DNA of 64,000 nucleotides from Candidatus Pacearchaeota archaeon (GTDB lineage Archaea; Nanobdellota; Nanobdellia; Pacearchaeales; GW2011-AR1): the NCBI GenBank assembly GCA_017608705.1, contig JAFCFJ010000008.1, positions 465 through 64,464 on the forward strand, read 5' to 3'. This document shows, piece by piece, positions 58,472 to 64,000 of this stretch. The stretch's first letter is position 1. The number at the start of each line of letters is the position of its first letter. The position numbers and the translations under genes were made by a program. The notes beneath the pieces are model-generated. The model had not been told where the DNA came from. It made no database searches and saw nothing but the letters and a program-made list of their open reading frames with translations.

Positions 58472-60698
58472 AGAAAGTAAAGCTTAAGGTTGTTGAAGCA
58501 TTGCAGGATGATGCATACAAAGGCATAGCAAGGATAGACAGCGAAATCATGAGAGAGCTTGGTGTTAGACGTGGTGATGTTATTTCTATCAAAGGCGAAA
58601 GAGAAACTGTTGCTATTGTTGACAGAGCATATCCGGCAGACGTTGGCGAGGGTATAATAAGGATAGATGGAATCATACGTAGGAATGCAAAGACAGGGAT
58701 TGGGGAGTATGTAGAGGTAAGCAAGGCGGATGTCAAGGAAGCGAAGAAAGTTATGATCGCTCCTGCCCAGCAAGGTGTTGTCGTGCAAGCAGATCCGGAA
58801 ATTTTCAAGCGCGGATTACTTGGCAGAGCTGTTGTTAAAGGCGACATAGTTGTTCTTGGCGGTGCAAGACGGAGACGGGACATAATGGAGGAAAGCTTCC
58901 AGGATATATTCGATATTTTTGGTGATGCTATTAGTGGGTTTATGCCTACCCTCAGCCAGATGAGGTTTGTTGTTGTTCAGCTAACACCAAACCAGCCTTG
59001 CATTATCACAGAAAATACCGACATTGTTGTGTCGCCGAAAGCTGTTGAGATAAGCGAGGAGAAGGTGCCTGAAGTGACATATGAGGATATTGGTGGCCTG
59101 GACGAGGAGATAAAGAAGATAAGAGAAATGGTAGAGTTACCGCTTAAACATCCTGAGATATTCTCACGACTTGGAATTGAACCTCCTAAAGGCGTGCTCT
59201 TGTACGGCCCTCCTGGCACAGGCAAGACCTTGCTTGCTAAGGCAGTAGCCAATGAAAGCGAAGCTAATTTCATAGCTCTGAATGGCCCAGAGATTATGAG
59301 TAAATACTACGGTGAAAGCGAAAAGAGGATATCATATTCATTGATGAAATAGATGCGATAGCGCCGAAACGTGAGGAGGCATATGGTGAAGTAGAAAGGC
59401 GTGTGGTATCTCAGCTTTTAACCATGATGGACGGCCTGAAATCGAGGGGCAAGGTGATAGTGATAGGCGCTACTAATAGGCCAAATGCTCTCGATCCCGC
59501 CTTACGAAGGCCTGGAAGGTTTGACAGAGAGATAGCAATTAATGTTCCGGACAAGAAAGGAAGACTTGCTATACTCAAGATCCACACACGCAACATGCCT
59601 CTGGCCAAAGATGTGAATCTTGAGGAGATAGCTGCCATAACACATGGTTTTGTCGGTGCCGACCTTGCAAGTTTATGTAAAGAAGCTGCGATGGCTGCTT
59701 TACGTCGTATTTTGCCTAAGCTAAAACTTGATGAGATGGAGGAAGTTCCGAGAGAAGTATTAGAGCAACTTATTATAACACGACGAGATTTCTTTGAAGC
59801 CTTGAAGGTTGTTAGGCCAAGTGCCATGCGCGAAGTTTTAGTTGAAACTCCTAATGTTAAATGGAGTGATGTAGGCGATTTAGAAAAAGTGAAACAGGAG
59901 CTAAGAGAGGCGGTAGAGTGGCCACTTAAATATCCTGATGCTTTCAAGCGTATGGGTATTACACCTCCGAAAGGTATATTGCTGTACGGCCCTCCTGGCA
60001 CAGGCAAGACCTTGCTTGCTAAGGCTGTAGCTACAGAGAGCGAGGCTAACTTCATCCAGGTTAAGGGTCCTAGCTTGCTTAGTATGTGGGTAGGCAAGAG
60101 CGAAGAGGGTGTAAGGAAAACTTTTGAGAGGGCAAGACAGGTTGCTCCTTGCATTATCTTTTTCGATGAAATAGATGCGTTGGCAGCGAGACGTGGCCTT
60201 GAGACAGGTACCAAGGTTACAGAGCGCGTGCTTAATCAGTTGCTTGCGGAGATGGATGGTATAGAAGAGTTAACTAATGTTGTAGTTATCGGAGCCACTA
60301 ATAGGCCAGACATGCTTGATCCTGCTATCCTAAGGCCTGGCAGATTCGACCGCGTGCTACTTGTTCCGCCACCAGACAAAAAAGGTAGGCTGGAGATACT
60401 CAAGATCCACACACGCAACATGCCTCTGGCCAAAGATGTGAATCTTGAGGAGCTTGCAGAAAAAACAGAGGGCTATGTTGGTGCTGATCTTGAGGCATTG
60501 GCAAGGGAAGCGGCAATGCTTGCACTAAGGAGAAGTAAGATGAAGGCAAAGGAAGTTAAGATGAAGGATTTTGAGGAGGCGATGAAAAAGATTAAGCCAA
60601 GTGTGACAAAGGCTGATATAGAACGCTACAAGAAGCTAGAAGAACAATACCTGAAATCAGCAAGAGCGGCATTGGAGTCGCCGTGGTATACGGGTTAA
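58468..60698 (+). CDS. cdc48: CDC48/VCP AAA+ ATPase, frameshifted at about 59330 by an apparent deletion
   Basis: N-domain, D1 GPPGTGKT; GESEKR joins out of frame to [16 protein letters not shown]; D2 intact. Confidence 0.93.
59571..60452 (+). repeat. Exact 57-nt direct repeat (59571-59627 / 60396-60452) between the two AAA domains; a second exact 43-nt repeat at 59201-59243 / 59983-60025
   Basis: ATACTCAAGATCCACACACGCAACATGCCTCTGGCCAAAGATGTGAATCTTGAGGAG occurs twice. Confidence 0.9.
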
Positions 60699-61609
60699 TC
60701 TTTCTCCTCTTTTGATTTTGTTGTTATAATCTTTCTGTTCTTGGATAATATAATTGTGTGTTCTGTTTGGGCCACAGGTTGCTTGGATTTTTCTATTAGG
60801 AGAGGGTAATGATAGAGTAAACGGTTTTTTTCTAATAGGTGCAAGGCATAGGTTGCCCTCGGCCCGAACTCATGAGTAAGCCACCTTTCACAGAATGGTA
60901 ATGTTTTGTACTTGTGCTTTATAAAGGTGAGAAGCTGTCTCGCTAAACTGTCTCTTACCGGAGCATCTTTTATAAGCGCATATATCCCTGAACCTTTGCC
61001 TTCATAAACACTGCCAGCACCGTGGGCTGTTGTTACAAAAGGCTCTATGGCATAAGCACCTTCGCCTAGTTGCAGCTCATTACCATTGTCAAAGTTCGGA
61101 ATAGTCATGCCCGCATGTAGTTTGTAGCGGGAAATGCTATGGCCAGATAAATTAGTAACAGGTATAAAACCCTCTTTTTTGATAACTTCTTCTATTATTT
61201 TGCCGACATTTCTTAGTTTTGTGCCTTCACTAAAAATTTCAATAGCCTTCATGACAGCATTTTCTGCTGCACTTATCATTAGATCATATTCCTTATTCTC
61301 ATCCAAGTTTAGCGTAAATGCTGTATCTGCTATACACCCATCTATATGCACACCAATATCAACCTTTATCATTCCTGTTGCAATTTTTTCATCCTGCCAT
61401 TTCGGTGTAAAATGTGCTGCAATCTCGTTTATGCTGAGATTTACTGGAAATGCGGGCTCCGCATGCATTTGTTTTATTTTTGCCTCGATTTTTTCCGCTA
61501 TCTCAAATAGATTTTTTTCAGGTTCTATGATTCTCTTTGCATAGCGCGTTACAGAAGCAGCAATTTCACCTGCCTTGATCCATTTTTTGATTTCTGCTTC
61601 TTGGATCAT
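60695..61609 (-). CDS. map: Methionine aminopeptidase type II
   Basis: [46 protein letters not shown]. Confidence 0.95.
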   Translation of the reverse strand: MIQEAEIKKWIKAGEIAASVTRYAKRIIEPEKNLFEIAEKIEAKIKQMHAEPAFPVNLSINEIAAHFTPKWQDEKIATGMIKVDIGVHIDGCIADTAFTLNLDENKEYDLMISAAENAVMKAIEIFSEGTKLRNVGKIIEEVIKKEGFIPVTNLSGHSISRYKLHAGMTIPNFDNGNELQLGEGAYAIEPFVTTAHGAGSVYEGKGSGIYALIKDAPVRDSLARQLLTFIKHKYKTLPFCERWLTHEFGPRATYALHLLEKNRLLYHYPLLIEKSKQPVAQTEHTIILSKNRKIITTKSKEEKD

Positions 61610-61695
61610 TTCAACTATGTCATAACAAAATATTCTTTTATAAATCTATTTTGGTTCTGAGCAATGCTATTAAATACAGTTTTGCTTTCGATCAT

Positions 61696-62310
61696 ATGTT
61701 TGACTTTTTTCAGAGATATTACGAGAATAAAAATTTGAAAAAGAATTTGGAGCAAGCGAATGCGAAAATTGCATCATTAGAGTCAAGACTTAACATAGCA
61801 AAAGTTGAATTGAAGAAGAAGGATGGTCTGATAGCATATTTGAAACAAGAAAATGCTATGCTGGGTTCTGGGATAGAGAAGATAAGTGATGTTTTCTTGT
61901 CTGAAATATTTCCAAATCTGACCAAGTATATTCATGAAGATATTGCTTTTCTTATTTTGAATTCCAAGTATGAGGTTGCATACATGAATAGCAAAGCAGA
62001 AGAGATTTTAGGCATGGCTTATGGCGAGCCGTTTGCCAATTTTTTGTATGGCAAGAACTCACTTGAAAAAATTTCTTATGGGAGAGGGCGTGTTAGTGTT
62101 TATATAAAAGAGGCAACCGGGACAAAGCTTCCAGCTTTGCTTGAGTTCCATAATTATTGTTGTCACGTAGAGCGGAAAGGAAAACGGCACAGCATACATG
62201 TTGCCACATGCTTGCTTGTGTATACAGATAGAAGATTTCTTAGGGGGATGGTGAAAAGTAAACTTGCTAGAATCAAGCAACTTCTCAGAGATCTCATCGG
62301 CGGGGAATAG
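61696..62310 (+). CDS. Hypothetical protein: coiled coil plus PAS-like segment
   Basis: Heptad-rich N-terminus; FLILNSKYEVAYMNSKAEEILG resembles a PAS N-terminus. Confidence 0.55.
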   Translation: MFDFFQRYYENKNLKKNLEQANAKIASLESRLNIAKVELKKKDGLIAYLKQENAMLGSGIEKISDVFLSEIFPNLTKYIHEDIAFLILNSKYEVAYMNSKAEEILGMAYGEPFANFLYGKNSLEKISYGRGRVSVYIKEATGTKLPALLEFHNYCCHVERKGKRHSIHVATCLLVYTDRRFLRGMVKSKLARIKQLLRDLIGGE

Positions 62311-62313
62311 CAG

Positions 62314-62835
62314 TTACAATAACGTGCTTCTCACTTGTTTCGGTACAAAATTAGTAATTTTCACGAGTTTCTTGCCGTCCTTTTCTTGTATTGAGAATTT
62401 TCCGCAACCAATTAAATCGTTTTTGTATTTCAACACAAGCAGGCCAACATTTTCATCGATACCTTGAGCTTTTGTCATTTCGATTATAAGGCTTTCACCT
62501 TTGAGCCATTTTTTTGCCTGCTTCTCATCAAGCTCTATAACTTGTTTTTTTATTTTATTCCGGAGCAGGCTTACAGCATCGAAGCTGAGCCTTGGTCTTA
62601 GCTCGCCGTGAAAATTTTCGAGCGCTATGATATACATGCCTATTGTGTCTATATTCAGCTCTTGGGCCAGCCCAGCGAGCTCCTCGCGTGGCAACGAGCC
62701 TGTAAAATATCTTATCTTGCGTTTGCCACTTTCTATGAACATCCCTTTCATCTCATTAGCAGTTATGCCATATATCTTGCTGAGTTTTTCGAAAAGTTGT
62801 TTTCTTTCTCTTGTATTGAGAATTTTTGTTTTCAT
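62314..62835 (-). CDS. NIP7/PUA-like RNA-binding protein
   Basis: RLSFDAV...IELDEKQAKKWLKGE...DLIGCGK. Confidence 0.75.
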   Translation of the reverse strand: MKTKILNTRERKQLFEKLSKIYGITANEMKGMFIESGKRKIRYFTGSLPREELAGLAQELNIDTIGMYIIALENFHGELRPRLSFDAVSLLRNKIKKQVIELDEKQAKKWLKGESLIIEMTKAQGIDENVGLLVLKYKNDLIGCGKFSIQEKDGKKLVKITNFVPKQVRSTLL

Positions 62836-62850
62836 TTTTCCTATGACAAG

Positions 62851-63840
62851 CTAAACAAAGCCGAGATCATTGAGCACTTTTGTCATAATTAACGGGAACA
62901 AGATGCTGGCTTCACCTATCACAGTTACTGCATTCTCACTCCTTAGTTTTCCCCATGATAATGCCTCGCGTGTAGTTGCGCCTGAAAGCGAACCGCTGTA
63001 TTCTCTTGCTGTGGTTATGTAAACAGCATAATCCATACCTTCATTTATTAGGTTAGCTATGAGCGCATGGTGCTTTGCAACACCACCACCGAGAATAATC
63101 ACCCCTTTCTTCTCGCGCGGACTGCTCTCCAGGATAAGTTTTTTGAAATCATCAATCACATCCAGCTCGAAGTCAGGGTGCTTATCTTTGAAAAGCATGA
63201 GCTGGTAGCCAAGAGAACCATCGGTTATTGCAGGACAATAAATAGGAATGTTGTTTTTTGCTGCCTGATACACAAAAGAGCTTTCGTCTTGCAATCTTTT
63301 ACCTATTTCATACACAAGCTGGGAAGGCGTAAGTTTCTTTTTTTCTTGATAGATATCTTCTAGCAATTCTTGTATGATCTCTTCGAATTTAACATAGCTT
63401 GTGTCTTTGACAAAAATATTACCTATCCTGTTGATCCCTTGCTTCCGTAGCTCTAGATCGTTAGCATCAAAGCTCCCAACATAGAATTTCTCTTTTGTTT
63501 TTATTATATCCTCTTCTATTGCGCCTACAGTAGTTATTGCAATATCAACAAATCTGAGGCTGAAAAGCTGGGCAAAGAGACCACGCATTCCTGAAGAGCC
63601 CATATTTGATGTAAACGTAAGGAAAATTTTTGCGTTGTCTTGTTTCATTCTTTTTATTATATCTACAGCCTTGCCCAAATGTACTGACTGGAAACCAACA
63701 TGACGCACTTTATCGATGAAACGCGAAACAGTCATGTTTGGCTCTGCATGAAAATCCTGAATTGGCTCAAGTTCTGCTTTATGTTGTTCTTGCCTTTCGC
63801 TTTTACTTGCTTTCTTCTCAGCATTATCGTATTTATTCAT
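62851..63840 (-). CDS. dys: Deoxyhypusine synthase
   Basis: FTSNMGSSG, EEDIIK, NRIGN, PAITDGSLG, GGGVAKHH, SGA..REALSWGK. Confidence 0.94.
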   Translation of the reverse strand: MNKYDNAEKKASKSERQEQHKAELEPIQDFHAEPNMTVSRFIDKVRHVGFQSVHLGKAVDIIKRMKQDNAKIFLTFTSNMGSSGMRGLFAQLFSLRFVDIAITTVGAIEEDIIKTKEKFYVGSFDANDLELRKQGINRIGNIFVKDTSYVKFEEIIQELLEDIYQEKKKLTPSQLVYEIGKRLQDESSFVYQAAKNNIPIYCPAITDGSLGYQLMLFKDKHPDFELDVIDDFKKLILESSPREKKGVIILGGGVAKHHALIANLINEGMDYAVYITTAREYSGSLSGATTREALSWGKLRSENAVTVIGEASILFPLIMTKVLNDLGFV

Positions 63841-64000
63841 TTTATCCATTCAGGAAAACTTTTTACTATTTTATATCTTACCTTCGGCATCCTGAAAAGT
63901 TCTGTGTGGAACTGGTATGCGCCTGCATCTAGAACAGCTACGAGATCATTAGGCGAGAGCTTGCGATTTACAATGCCGAAATAATCCAACGCGTCTATGC
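63837..64000 (-). CDS. C-terminus of an Orn/DAP/Arg (fold III PLP) decarboxylase-family protein (partial; absent from ORF track)
   Basis: IDALDYFG...NDLVAVLDAGAYQFHTELF; TGA overlaps the dys ATG. Confidence 0.7.
   Translation of the reverse strand, partial: IDALDYFGIVNRKLSPNDLVAVLDAGAYQFHTELFRMPKVRYKIVKSFPEWIK

Noticed and set aside
59325-59403. Programmed frameshift or natural split gene in cdc48
   Set aside because: About 13 conserved residues are missing at the junction and there is no slippery sequence, so a frameshift alone would not restore the protein
1-64000. CRISPR arrays, IS elements, integrases, inteins, rRNA, split or intron-containing tRNAs
   Set aside because: None seen by eye; all seven tRNAs are contiguous, and MCM, Rgy and TopA have no intein-sized inserts
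1-64000. Genome-wide stop-codon reassignment (TAG as sense)
   Set aside because: Conserved genes such as metG, aspS, gatA and mat end at TAG at their expected C-termini

Overview
A compact, gene-dense archaeal chromosome segment with TATA-box promoters, mostly leaderless genes, TBP, MCM, aIF-1A/aIF-2beta, GatDE+GatCAB and reverse gyrase. It most resembles a thermophilic DPANN (Pacearchaeota/Woesearchaeota-like) genome, although the taxonomy is my inference. It holds about 65 CDS, mostly information-processing genes, and 7 intron-less tRNAs. I saw no CRISPR array, rRNA or transposase. Main observations: (1) an AT-rich insert between gatD and gatE encodes a PIN-domain nuclease and a T4 Rnl2-type RNA ligase 3 nt apart, a candidate RNA cut-and-reseal module; (2) a tRNA-Pro carries an AGG (A34) anticodon, which is highly atypical for archaea, and the same region has a catalytically degenerate endonuclease V and a gene with TAG at an expected Trp codon, which together raise a speculative inosine/A-to-I hypothesis; (3) a structured leader and a bacterial-style terminator flank ftsZ; (4) short deletions recur in core motifs of ftsZ, cdc48, gatA, gatB, nth and an Lrp-type regulator. 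These deletions are most probably assembly errors, so all single-base observations need read-level confirmation.
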